Assembly: GCA_964252035.1 (NCBI GenBank)
Contig: OZ176201.1
Reading direction: 5' to 3' (one strand)
Length of the DNA stretch: 64,000 bases
Source: Podarcis erhardii
Taxonomy: Eukaryota
Shown piece after piece: positions 24,791-36,139 of this stretch. The notes under the pieces are model-generated. The model made no database searches, was not told the origin of the DNA, and saw only the letters and a program-made list of their open reading frames with translations. Position 1 is the first letter of the stretch. Each line of letters opens with the position of its first letter. A program made the position numbers and the translations under genes.

Positions 24791-26690
24791 AATAATAATA
24801 ATAATAATAATAATTTATTATTTGTACCCCGCCCATCTGGCTGGGTTTGCCCAGCCACTCTGGGCGGCTTCCATAAAAACCAGAAATACACTAAAATATC
24901 ACAGATTAAAAACTTCCCTGAACAGGGCTGCCTTAAGATGTCTTCTGAATGTCAGGTAGTTATTTATCGCTTTGACATCTGATGGGAGGGCGTTCCACAA
25001 GGCGGGTGCCACTACCGAGAAGGCCCTCTGCCTGGTTCCCTGTAGCTTTGCTTCTCGTAATGAGGGAACCGCCAGAAGGCCCTCGGCGCTGGACCTCAGC
25101 GTCCGGGCAGAACGATGGGGGTGGAGACGCTCCTTCAGGTATACTGGGCCGAGGCCGTTTAGGGCTTTAAAGGTCAACACCAGCACTTTGAATTGTGCTC
25201 GGAAACGTACTGGGAGCCAATGTAGGTCTTTCAAGACCGGTGTTATGTGGTCTCGGCGGCTGCCCCCAGTCACCAGTCTAGCTGCCGCATTCTGGATTAG
25301 TTGTAGTTTCCGAGTCACCTTCAAAGGTAGCCCCACGTAGAGCGCATTGCAGTAGTCCAAGCGGGAGATAACTAGAGCATGCACCACTCTGGCGAGACAG
25401 TCCGCGGGCAGGTAGGGTCTCAGCCTGCGTACCAGGTGGAGTTGGTAGACAGCTGCCCTGGATACAGAATTGACCTGCGCCTCCATGGACAGCTGTGAGT
25501 CCAAAATGACTCCCAGGCTGCGCACCTGGTCCTTCAGGGGCACAGTTACCCCATTCAGGACCAGGGAGTCCTCCACACCAGCCCGCCCCCTGTCCCCCAA
25601 AAACAGTACTTCTGTCTTGTCAGGATTCAACCTCAATCCATTAGACGCCATCCATCCTCCAACCGCCTCCAGGCACTCACACAGGACCTTCACCGTCTTC
25701 ACTGGTTCTGATTTGAAAGAGAGGTAGAGCTGGGTATCATCTGCATATTGATGGACACCCAGTCCAAACCCCCTGATGATCTCTCCCAGCGGCTTCATAT
25801 AGATGTTAAAAAGCATGGGGGAGAGGACGGAACCCTGAGGCACCCCACAAGTGAGGGCCCAGGGGTCTGAACACTCATCCCCCACCACCACTTTCTGAAC
25901 ACGGCCCAGGAGGAAGGAGCGAAACCAGTGTATAACAGTGCCCCCAGCTCCCAGCCCCTCTAGACGGTCCAGAAGGATGTTATGGTCGATTGTATCAAAG
26001 GCCGCTAAGAGATCCAGCAGAACTAGGAAACAGCTCTCACCTTTGTCCCTAGCTCGCCGGAGATCATCAACCAGCGCGACCAAGGCAGTTTCAGTCCCAT
26101 GATGAGGCCTGAATCCCGATTGGAAGGGATCCAAATGGTCCGCATCCTCCAGGCGTGCCTGGAGTTGTTCAGCAACCACGCGCTCAATCACCTTGCCCAA
26201 GAATGGAAGATTTGAGACTGGGCGATAGTTGGCCATACTGGCCGGGTCTAAAGATGGTTTTTTAAGAAGCGGTTTGATGACCGCCTCTTTCAGCAGATTT
26301 GGGAATGCTCCCTCACAGAGGGAAGCATTCACCACCCTGCAGAGCCCATCACCCAGCCCTTCCCGGCTTGCTTTTATTAGCCAGGATGGGCAAGGATCCA
26401 GGAGACAGGTGGTTGGTTTCACGCGTCCAAGCAGCCTGTCCACATCCTCGGGGGTAATGGATTGAAATCGATTCCATGCAACTTGACCAGACAGAGCTCT
26501 AGCACTCTCCCGCCCCAGCCCTGCTCCCACGGTGGTGTCTAGCTCCTTCCGAATATGAGTGATTTTATCTGCAAAAAACTTTGCAAAATCGTTGCAGGAG
26601 ATCTTGGGGGTCTTTACAAAGCCCCGGTGGTAAAGGTGGTTCCGTTAAATTACGAACCACCTGAAAAAGTCTCCTGCTACTTGAGAACTC
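24791..26690 (-). mobile_element. Young 5'-truncated L2-clade LINE with 3' tail
   Basis: RT ORF followed by the tail ...CCAGATGGGCGGGGTACAAATAATAAAT(TAT)n. L2-like codons (RRLFQVVRNL, FAKFFADKITHIR) extend upstream of the ORF-track start to about 26690. Confidence 0.9.
24899..26530 (-). pseudogene. L2 ORF2 reverse transcriptase, C-terminal 543 codons, open
   Basis: Motifs NYRPVSNLPFLGK, QSGFRPHHGTETAL, DL(L)AAFDTIDH, GVPQGSVLSP, YADDTQLY, RLDYCN and LHWLPV. No endonuclease domain is present in the window. Confidence 0.9.
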
Positions 26691-26732
26691 TCTCACTGTT
26701 AATGGTTCAGGCTGGAACACAGAAATCCACTT

Positions 26733-26888
26733 TATGCTGAGTCAGATCCTTTGTCCTTCTAGCTCAGTACTACATCTAGCTCAATATTGTCTGCTCTAAC
26801 TGGCAGTGTCTTTCCAGGGTTTTAGGCAGGAGATACCATGATTGAACTTGACACCATTTGTGTGCAAGGTACCACTGAGCCATGAACC
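26733..26888 (-). mobile_element. Squam3-like tRNA-derived SINE
   Basis: GAGTCAGA...CTAGCTCA.TATTGTCT...GATTGAACTTG...ACCACTGAGC matches the recalled reverse consensus. Confidence 0.6.
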
Positions 26889-27721
26889 TTATCCAGTCCA
26901 GACATTACACTAAACCATTGTTAAGGAAGCTTAACAATGTTTAGTTTTATATTTGATTTAACAAACTATGATCGTCTGACAAACCAGAATCAGAACCAAT
27001 GGTTTCAGCAAACTATGATTAATCATGTGTCTTAATTGGTAAACCATAATTACAGTTGTTGCTCAGCCTCCTGAGGCTGCTGCATGTGAAGATGGGAGAG
27101 TGCTGAACAGCTGGAAAATGAAAGCAAGAACACGGCTCATGTGCATATTTGGAAATTCAAACCATGGTTTAGATTGGGGTTGGACAATCAGCAGCCCTAG
27201 AGATACATGCAACTCCTGTTGTAATTTCATGTGACCCTTGGACTAATTTCATAAGCCCTCTGCAGATGATCAATTCAAACATCTGGTAAGAGCTGCCTGT
27301 TGCAGCTGAGTGGTTGGGAGGGAGGAAAAGAAGTGGTGCTTCCTACAGCTGTCTTCATGCCTCCTGCTGTTGGCATGTGTGGCTCTCACAGATGGCCCTC
27401 CAGGGAATGTATCCTCAATGGAAAAATGACTGCTCACCTCTGTTATTTTATTTCTTTATTTCTTTATTTCTTTATGAAAATTATACAGACAGCAACATGA
27501 AGAAGTCTAAGTTAGCATTGCCTTCTACCAATAAGAAATAATAATAACTATTACAATAATGAAAATACACAGCTCTGTGTTATATTTACTCTAGATTTAT
27601 CCACCACCTTCCATGCCCAAAGTCTCCTCAGAGCATCAACATACCTTGTGTTTAGTTTATACTGGATGGGGCCATTGTTACAAGAGCTCACTGGACTCTT
27701 TCCCTGGGCTTGTCCTTTGTC

Positions 27722-27994
27722 CTACTTTCTGCCATCTTCATCTTTAAATAAAAATTTAGGTGACAGGCTCTCTTTTGCATATATCACCACACCTCTCTTC
27801 TTGACTCTGTCTGAAGATATAAATTCCTGGCCAAGTCTTTTGTTTATTAACACTTTTCTGTGGAGCCTAGTCACATGTGTTTCTTGTAAGCAAATAATGT
27901 CCAATTGTTCCTTTTTTAATATATAAAAAAAATTCCTCCTTTTTTCCGGGCTGTTACAGCCATTTATGTTCCAACTCAAGAGTTGCAGAGACAT
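27722..27994 (-). pseudogene. N-terminal fragment of L1 ORF2 (APE endonuclease), ending inside the TSD
   Basis: MSLQLLSWNINGCN...DIICLQETH...KKRGVVI...KDEDGR are canonical L1 EN motifs. The TAG stop lies within the target-site duplication. Confidence 0.88.
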
Positions 27995-28009
27995 CCTGGA
28001 TAAATCTGG

Positions 28010-29062
28010 TTATTTTTCTGGGGGTGGTACCTTATTCGCTGGATCTTCAGAGTCCAAGGGTGCAGGTACCCCTGGTGCTCCAGGGCCGGAAGGTAAATCA
28101 ATTCCTTTTTGAAGGTCCTCTCCGTATGCCGACAGAAATTTATCTCTGTCTTCCAGTGTTCTAATTTTAACCTTCTTCCCTCTAAAAGTAAAAGATAGTC
28201 CTTGAGGGAACTCCCACCTGAAAATAATTGAATTGCTCCTCAACAGTCTAACCAGTTCCAAATAGTCAGATCTAAGGTCCAGCAGTTGTTTAGGAATGTC
28301 CTTGTAAATCTCAATTCTTTTGTCCGAAATATCCAGTGACTTTCCGTAATGTAGGCCTAAAATCTTGTCCCTTTCCTCCTTTGATCTCAATATTATCAAA
28401 CAGTCTCTGGGCTTCTCTTTCTTTATTAGTCTTCCAAGCCTAAAAGCTGATACAATTTTAAAGTCCTTTTCCTCTAATTTCCAGAACTTGGAAAATTCTT
28501 TAGTCAAAAACTCAGCTAAGTTGCCTTCTTCCGCTTCTGGTACCGACCTTATCCTTAAGTTACTCTCCCTGTTTCGTAGTTCTAACATAGACAGATAGGT
28601 CTGGTGTTCACCTACTTGTTTACCGAGTGGTCTTACCTCTTGTTCTAACTTTCCAAGTCTTTGGCTGGTATCCTCAGCCAATTTCCTATTTTCATCTGTA
28701 GCCTGTGTCAGTTCTCCAATTGCTTGTACATTCTGTGCTACTTGTCCGGTTAATCTATTTAGGCACTCTGTATTTTGATCAATTTTGGCTGTTTGTTCAT
28801 CAGCTTTTTTATCCAAAGATTCCACTCTTTTATCCAAGGATTCCAATTTTTCAAAGATTTTCTCTAAAATAGATGCAGATGCTCCTGAGGCCATATCTTC
28901 CAATTGTAATTCCTCAGTTTCTCCCTCCCCTGCCCGTGGCAGAGAAGCAGCTTCTTCCTCAGAAGGCAAAGTAGGCACAGATGATCTACGTGTCTGTGAG
29001 GCTGCAGTTAAAGTTGTTAAAGTTGTTTGTCTAGCTCTTCCCCTCTTTCTTGCGCCACTCAT
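28010..29062 (-). CDS. L1 ORF1 protein (coiled coil + RRM + CTD), 350 aa, uninterrupted
   Basis: Heptad coiled coil (LEKIFEKLESLDKRVESLDKK...). RESNLRIRSVPE matches the RRxNLRIxGxPE RRM motif. AFRLGR, KPRDCLI, IEIYKD and FRWEFP are typical of vertebrate L1 ORF1p. Confidence 0.9.
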   Translation of the reverse strand: MSGARKRGRARQTTLTTLTAASQTRRSSVPTLPSEEEAASLPRAGEGETEELQLEDMASGASASILEKIFEKLESLDKRVESLDKKADEQTAKIDQNTECLNRLTGQVAQNVQAIGELTQATDENRKLAEDTSQRLGKLEQEVRPLGKQVGEHQTYLSMLELRNRESNLRIRSVPEAEEGNLAEFLTKEFSKFWKLEEKDFKIVSAFRLGRLIKKEKPRDCLIILRSKEERDKILGLHYGKSLDISDKRIEIYKDIPKQLLDLRSDYLELVRLLRSNSIIFRWEFPQGLSFTFRGKKVKIRTLEDRDKFLSAYGEDLQKGIDLPSGPGAPGVPAPLDSEDPANKVPPPEK

Positions 29063-29639
29063 TCCAGAGTTATCTCAAAGTCAAGGTCACACTGAGTTGT
29101 TCCCATGCGAAAGCACCAGCCCAGATGGTAACAGTCAAACAGGAGGCCGGGGAAATGAAAGTAGAATAATGTCACTGCTGTAAATCCCAAATCCTCTAGG
29201 GGGAGTTTAAAATGTCTTTAGGGAAGAGATTAAAATCAAGTTTAAAGTCCAGGAACCTTCAATAATAAGTTTTTAGCAGAGTTAGTGTTAGCAGCCACAA
29301 TGTTTCAGACAGTGCATACTGGTATTCCAAATGATGCTTCAAAGTAACAAGTCCAAACTCCCTCAGATTGTTTCAAAATTTAAATTCAAAGTATCCAACT
29401 CTGCAAACTGACTGCTCAGTTGCTCAGGCAGCTCCAACACCTGGGTTTCTTACTTAAATTGTAAATCCAATAGAAGAAGGGTATCACCATACAAGTAAAA
29501 AGCAAAAAAGCATAAAATCCAAAACTTAGAGTCCTTATTCAGCTTACAAGAAAGTTCAGTAGATGCTCAGATCCATTAAGTTAAAAGTTCTCTCTTTGCC
29601 TCCACTCCTCCAGCTCTTTGCGTTAAAGTTCAATGACAG

Positions 29640-30056
29640 CGGAAGATGGACTTCCTGTTTTTCGTCACTCCGCTTTCAGCCAAATTCAGTGTTTTTTAGT
29701 CCCGAAATTTTATAAGGTCCGTTATTACTCACGGGTTGTTGCTTTTCCGAATCACAAATTCCAGGAAGAAAGGTCAGCGCTCACCGGCAGCAGCAGCGCG
29801 GCTTCACTCCGTTGATTGCGGAACGACCCACAGCGCCGCTGCCCCCTCCCCGTTCCGGAGCCCCTTACGGGGTTCCTTCAACGTTTCGGGGGTTGCTCCT
29901 GGTGCCCGCTGGGTCCCAAGACCACAGGCTTTTGCTGCCTGTGGTTTTCCGATGTGGGTCTCCGCTTCGCCGTAGCGGACGACCCGTCTCAACGGAGCTC
30001 CCTCTCCACAGTTAGAAGAGGGCAGCCATTGCCGTTCGCGCCGCCTCCGGAAGTCC
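29640..30056 (-). promoter_or_regulatory. CpG-rich L1 internal promoter (first part of 5'UTR)
   Basis: Abundant undecayed CpG in an otherwise CpG-poor intron, and a 5'-terminal ACTTCCGG (ETS-like CCGGAAGT on +). Promoter function is inferred from general L1 biology. Confidence 0.6.
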
Positions 30057-31000
30057 CCTTTGTCCTACTTTCTGCCCCTACTGTTCCACCAATATCCTGT
30101 TATAGGCTCACTATTGGGACTTTGTTCCCCTACTATTCTATATGTGAGAGCTCGCCTCTCATCTTATTTGAATGCTGCTTTAGAGGGCACCACACTCTTA
30201 TCTCTGGGCCTATAAGGTGCTCACGCTACAAGGGAAATGTGTCCTTATGGTTCCTTTCGCTCTGCTTCTGGTCCACTCAGCTTTCATCTTTCTGATTCCT
30301 CATCAGGCCTATGCCTCCCATTCAGTGTTTCTGCTTTATTTCTGAACGCTGAGGGGAACAACACCATCACCGCTGCCTCTTCACACCTGGTTTAGGTTCT
30401 AAGCATGATGTCTGAATGGAATAGCATTAATAATCAGTATTTCAGAAGTGGAATCTAATTCCCTTATTATTTGTCTGAAGTTTGAATTGAATTCCAGGGT
30501 AGGATTACAGTGTATTCAAATTACATCCTCAGAGTTTAATCCCTAATTATTGCTTGGACTTTAAATACATGTTCAGGCCTCCTGGAACTATATAACTTGG
30601 GCATAAATTGTGAGGTCACATGTTTGAATGCCCCATCAAAAATTCCCAGCATTTAGAAAAATTCTTGTCAGCAGGAAGACTAGGCATTTCTTCCTGCCAT
30701 GCTGGTACTTTCAAGGAAGAAAGTTTCTGACACTGGGAGACATTCAGATATTTGTTTGTAGCCTGAAGACAACTGTATCTCATGCTTTTCTGTATGTGTA
30801 GTTTGGCTCTTAGCTAGCCCAACAATCAAAACAATATTCATCATAAATAGTTTCAGTTTAAAAAGTCACATATTAAAGGCAATGTTGGCCCAGAACATTT
30901 TGCTACCTGAAATAGATCCCAAATGAGGCCAACACAACTTGCAGCACCAAGCAGTACATACATCTTGCTTTCTTCTGTTCCAGGGACATTATCTATCTCC

Positions 31001-31046
<46 letters not shown>

Positions 31047-32402
31047 TTCTCCCAATGTAGTCATGCAGATTTCAGACCATGTTTAATTTCATATATGTAA
31101 TAATTTCCAGGGGTCATTTTCAGCTGTTGATTCCTGTTGGGAAACAGTTGCTGTGAAACTTTTACTCAGGTGCCCAGAGTCTGGTCTCAAAAACATGGAG
31201 GTAATTAATGGGGAAAGGAACAGTCAGCAAACATACTAAGCCATAAATATCAAGACCACAGCTCCCCCAGCACCTGTCTTGGAACTCTCTTACCATCCTC
31301 CAGTCCCTTCGGAGCCTTCACCCCTCCCCTGGTAAGGCAGGTCCTTCTTCGTCCTGTGGGTTATCAGGGAATTCATTTGGCTTCACACTTTAAAAACAGC
31401 AACAGCCATATTGGCAGTCATCTTGAATTTGAGGTAGAACCTCATTGTTAGATCAATCAAAATTCAGTTTCAATATCTCATCATACATAAAATCCAGCCT
31501 CAACGGCTAAGGCTACTTGAACTGCCTACAAGCAATAAAAATGTACCTGTTTTAATAGCACTCCCTGAGCTGGGTTGCTTCAGTGTGCTGCATGACAGAG
31601 CCAACCCAGATTAAAGCTTTCTAACGTTGCTCTTTAATTCAGTTTTTTGGGACTGATTCCTTAACCTGGCAGATTTCACTTCCTTGCAGTGTTGTTTCCA
31701 TTTCTTTTACATTTTGACACCAGAAGGCACCACAGTTCAGTCAAGCAGGAAATGTGTTTGATTATTCTCTAGTTGATATCCACATGTCACTAGGAAGGAT
31801 CAAATATGGTTCTAATTACTCTGTGATCAATGATAAAAACACTCACGAATTCATCCCATAAGTTGCAGCCCTAATGCCATTATTAGAGTGTGGTTAATTC
31901 TTTTCCTCCATCATGATTTGAATACCAAGTAGTAACAGTAACAGTGAATAAAAATGACAATGGTAATGTCCTTTAACATACTTTTCTATGATCCACTAAT
32001 CAGAGACATTACCTCAGTATGATCATAGGATCTGTACCAAAATGTCTGGACACCCAGCCTGTGAGTAATACCATTAGGCGTGATGACAGTAATCACTGTT
32101 GGCAAGTTAGTTTAGAGGAGGAGCGTTGGCACAACATGGCCCTGCCAGTTCCCGTCTTCTAGCATAGTGAGTATCTTAATCACCCTGTGAAAGACACTAA
32201 CTGTGTTGTGGGAATGGCCTTTGATCTAAAGTCAGTTGTGAGGAATTCTGTAATGTAGCTATTTCAATTATCATTCCCCACCCCAACAAAGAAAAAGCAT
32301 TTAGCCAGTCTGGACAGTGAATAAGAATACTAGACTTCTCTTTCAAACTTTGAAACATAAAAAATTGTTTTTGCTATTCTACCCTGTTTCTTCTCTCTCC
32401 AG

Positions 32403-32463
32403 GAATTAAATGGGAGCCAGACGAAAATGGAGTCATTGCATTTGATTGCAGAAATCGAAAATG
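32403..32463 (+). CDS. CACNA2D3: CACNA2D3 coding exon (exon 7 equivalent), 61 nt, phase 1-2
   Basis: ttctctctccAG acceptor, TG/GTAGGT donor. Translates (G)[19 protein letters not shown](W). Confidence 0.96.
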
Positions 32464-32558
32464 GTAGGTCACAGCTGTCCACTAAAACTTTCAGGGGGGT
32501 CAGGAGCTACAATCTCGAAAGTTCAATTTATACTGCCCTCCTTCCCTTGCTCATCTAG

Positions 32559-32709
32559 GTATATCCAGGCAGCCACTTCTCCCAAAGATGTAGTCATTTT
32601 AGTGGATGTCAGTGGCAGCATGAAAGGACTCCGCCTGACAATTGCAAAGCAGACTGTGTCATCCATTTTGGATACTCTGGGAGATGATGATTTTTTTAAC
32701 ATAATTGCT
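32559..32709 (+). CDS. CACNA2D3: CACNA2D3 coding exon (exon 8 equivalent), 151 nt, start of VWA domain with DxSxS
   Basis: catctAG acceptor, GCT/GTGAGT donor. Translates (W)[50 protein letters not shown]. Confidence 0.97.
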
Positions 32710-32985
32710 GTGAGTATGTCTAACTTTCTGCTTAATTATTCCCCCCTATTTCCCCTCCCCCTTGATATGGAGTCTACACAGGGATTCAGAGGACAAGAGA
32801 TGAAGACAGTGTGTAAGATCATTGATAATAACAAATCTCTAGATATAGAGACATGCCAGAGCCCAAGTCTGCCTGGAAAACTCATTTGTTTACACACACT
32901 TTTCACAGATATGGCAAAGTTAGATCTGGGCTGTACCACTGTAGTTAGGACCCACATAATTCTGCTTTAGTAAGAACCATTTGAC

Positions 32986-33140
32986 AGTCTATCGGACTCC
33001 CTTGTGAGGTTGTGAAAGTTTTAAAGCAGAGGTTGGATGGCCATTTGTCATGGATACTTTAGTTGAGATTCCTGCATTGCAGGGGGTTGGATGATATGGC
33101 CTTCAGAGTCCTTTCCAACTCTACAATTCTTTGATTCTGT
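32986..33140 (+). mobile_element. CR1 3' end
   Basis: GCAGAGGTTGGATGGCCAT...CCTGCATTGCAGGGGGTTGGA...CCTTTCCAACTCTACAATTCTTTGATTCT, with a CR1 TTCTrTGA-type tail. Confidence 0.8.
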
Positions 33141-34549
33141 CTTCACAGCAACATGCTCTGCCATTCCAACCTATCTGCAGGTTGCAGAAGTTTGGTTTTC
33201 TATTTTAGTTTTGGGAAGCATAAATGCAAGAGTATTAAGAACTGTGCTATCCATTGAACTGAATGTGGATACCCATTGGTGTTTCATGTGTGTCAAACTT
33301 GTGTTCAGCTACGCACATTATTATCAAATGGTGTAAAGGCACCTAGACTCCAAACATACTGTATATTTAAGAGATAACAATGTTAGGAAATAGTATCTAT
33401 CTTATTAATCGGCAATTACTCACTACATTATTATTACCAGAAGCTTACATAATAGCAAAGTGTAATTGCATTCTCTATCAGGAAAGGTTTGTTATTATTA
33501 ATAATCTTATTAATCTGTATTTTTATTTATTATTAATCTGTAATTGCTCACTACATTAATATCACTAGAAGCTCAAATAATAGGAAAGCCTAATTGCCTT
33601 CTCTATCAGCAACGGTTTATTGCCCAACAAAAACTCCAGTAAATAAGTTTCAGAGACTAAATGTGTCAACCTAATTATCAAAATATTTAAATAGGTACAT
33701 TTAGTGGTTAATCATGAGGTTAATAAGTAGTTATATTCTGCATGTTTTTTTTTAAAAAAATACAAATTAGTGTATTTTAAGAAAATACTTTCCTTATCTA
33801 GAAACCCTACCACCATCAATATTTACTACTGGGTTGTTGTAATTTTAGAGAGCAAAAGTCAGTTGGTTGAAACTGCATGATTTTTGCTCTGAGTTCCTAC
33901 TCCTGTGAGGAAATTTTGGCCATTTGCTTTGGATTACAACTTCCATCATCCCTCAACATTGGTTGTGCTGGCTGGGGCAGATGGGAAATGGAGTCCCTGC
34001 CCTACTCTGTCATTTACACCCCTATTTTCAAGTAATGTGATCCAATAAACCTTATTTTTCTCCCATCCTCTTGCTACCTGCTTTGACGCAATAGATTATT
34101 CTGTTGTCCGAGAGAAGCTTTAAAACATACTGTGAGAGGACATTGCTCCAGTTGTTGCTTATTCAAGAAAGGCAGAAAATATAACCAGGAAATGGGTGTT
34201 CCCCTGTGTTTCCCAGCTGTGGTTGTTGGGAGGGCGTGGATGGGTAAGCTCAAGGCTGGCCCAAAGCAATTTTCTGCATCAGAGTAGAAAAATGGCGCCC
34301 TCCCCAACCACAGCCTTTGTTCCCAAGGCCGACAAACTTATTTTGGCAACTGAGGCAGAAAACCCTATGCAAACTTTCCCCGCCTATAAAAAAATACAGC
34401 AAGAATAAATTGAATAACAAATTGCTGCCCCCTTTTTCATAAAACCCAAAATCAGCTGCTTGTGAACAGGCCCTTAATGTAAGCTGCTTTTGAGTTATAT
34501 GGTCAGAAAAGCAAACAACAAATATATTAAATAAATAAAATACATAAAA

Positions 34550-34682
34550 AACTTAGTCTTGTCTACCTTAACCAACAGTGACTTTCCAGGGTTTTGGACA
34601 GGAGTCTTTCCTAGCCCTGCATTGAGAACCTAGGGTTTAAATCTGGTTTCTTCTGTATGCGAAACATTGAGATACAGGCCCC
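34550..34682 (-). mobile_element. Degenerate Squam3-like SINE
   Basis: TTCCAGGGTTTTGGACAGGAGTCTTTCCTAGCCCT, similar to the 26.8 kb copy. Confidence 0.45.
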
Positions 34683-34696
34683 CTCAGAAAAGTAAT

Positions 34697-34991
34697 ATAA
34701 TAATAATAATTTATTATTTATACCCCGCCCATCTGGCTGAGTTTCCCCAGCCACTCTTGGCGGCTCCCAATCGAGTGTTAAAAACAATACAGCATTAAAT
34801 ATTTAAAACTTTCCTAAACAGGGCTGCCTTCAGATGTATTTTAAAGATAGAATAGCTGCTTATTTCCTTCACATATGAAGGGAGGGCATTCCACAGGGCG
34901 GGCGCCACTACTGAGAAGGCCCTCTGTCTGGTTCCCTGTAATCTCACTTCTCGCAATGAGGGAACCGCCAGAAGGCCCTTGGCGTTGGATC
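34697..34991 (-). mobile_element. L2 3' fragment
   Basis: Tail and 3' ORF end are homologous to 24791-25090 (GAGAAGGCCCTCTG.CTGGTTCCCTGTA...GAGGGAACCGCCAGAAGGCCCT). Confidence 0.85.
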
Positions 34992-36139
34992 CTTAATGAC
35001 ACTCTGCTACTTCTTTGTCACTTGAAATCCCCCTTGTACAATGGAGCTCCCATAGGTGTGATTTTCAGAAATGCTCAGCCTGCTTTCACTTTCTGAAATT
35101 CCTTCTGTCTTCAAGCACATTATATAATAAATTTGGGAAACTTTTCCCCCCTCCAAATCTCTCTGTCTTGCATAGCAATAGTTTAGGTTATCTTTTCAAT
35201 CATCCATGCATAGAATTATGTCTATAGTTCTCATTATCAACAATGCGAGTACACATGATCATAATTAAAAATTTAATCAACTCTTAAAATTATTGTAATT
35301 GAATACTGAAAAATAGTTCAGTGATACAGATAAATGGGTTATTTTCCTGATATGTATTGGCTTCATTTCATCCTCTAATAATTTATGTTTCTAAATATAC
35401 CCATGAATAAATGGCACACAAATGTCCAATGCAGACCTTTCCAGAGTATAAACATAAAAAGATAATGTACCAAAAAAATCATTGTCGCTTTCACGGGTAA
35501 GTTATTGCAAAATCTATCTAAAATTGATGGACTAGATGATTGAATTACAAAAAGAACTGTTAAACAATGCACTTGATTTTGTGTGGCCTAAGTTAAGATA
35601 TAAGGTCAGATCATCAGTGCATGAACAGAGATGTCTGTAGTAAGAAAAATAGACATTTTCTCCCAGTCTGCTTTGAAGTAAAATACTAAGTCAAGCGTTA
35701 AATTAACAATATTATCATAAAAAGCATAGTGCTAATTCTGTCTGGGGCTGAAACCTGGGGACAATGCTTTTATAGAAATATGAGTTTGCCATTAAATTAA
35801 CAACACCCTGGCTAGGATGGAAATTTTAATTCAATTAAAGATTTTCAGCAGTATCATAGCAACTTTTATGGCAGGAGAAAAATATTACTTCCTCAAAACA
35901 GCATTATTGTCTTATCATTTTGAGGAGGAAGGACAATATGGTTGACCTTAGAGATCCATCACAGTTGCTCATTTTAATATATGCAGGATTGTCCTTTACT
36001 AACTAGAAAAACTATGTGGAAGGTGCCCAGAAAGGAGGAGATGATTGCAAATTGCCTTCCTGTTTCAGAGCAGAAGGATAGTCATAGGAAATGAACTACT
36101 GGGAAGGTGCTGTAGTTCATTGATAAAGGTTATGGCTAA

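Larger units (their letters stand above)
27734..30056 (-). mobile_element. L1-clade LINE, 5'-complete but 3'-truncated, with 20-bp TSD
   Basis: Begins GGACTTCCGG on the minus strand, followed by a ~1 kb 5'UTR, intact ORF1, a 15-nt spacer and the ORF2 endonuclease start. The direct repeat CCTTTGTCCTACTTTCTGCC sits at 27714-27733 and 30057-30076. Confidence 0.9.

Noticed and set aside
24972-26465. Plus-strand ORFs overlapping the L2
   Set aside because: Antisense shadows of a GC-rich RT coding sequence.
24781-26704. ATTGCTAATG / ACTGTTAATG as TSD of the young L2
   Set aside because: Two mismatches in 10 bp are too many for a young copy, and the 5' end is uncertain.
27440-27560. A-rich minus-strand tract as the true 3' tail of the L1 (internal deletion model)
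   Set aside because: The 20-bp TSD lies at 27714-27733, so the insertion ends there and this tract is flank.
32552-32564. Exon 8 acceptor AG/GTATAT as a recursive site
   Set aside because: The GT is dictated by the Trp-Tyr codons, and the donor match is weak.
32446-32970. 174-aa ORF, and similarly 10035-10256, 50892-51275 and 53788-53970, as separate genes
   Set aside because: Each is a CACNA2D3 exon read through into flanking intron; homology stops at the splice sites.
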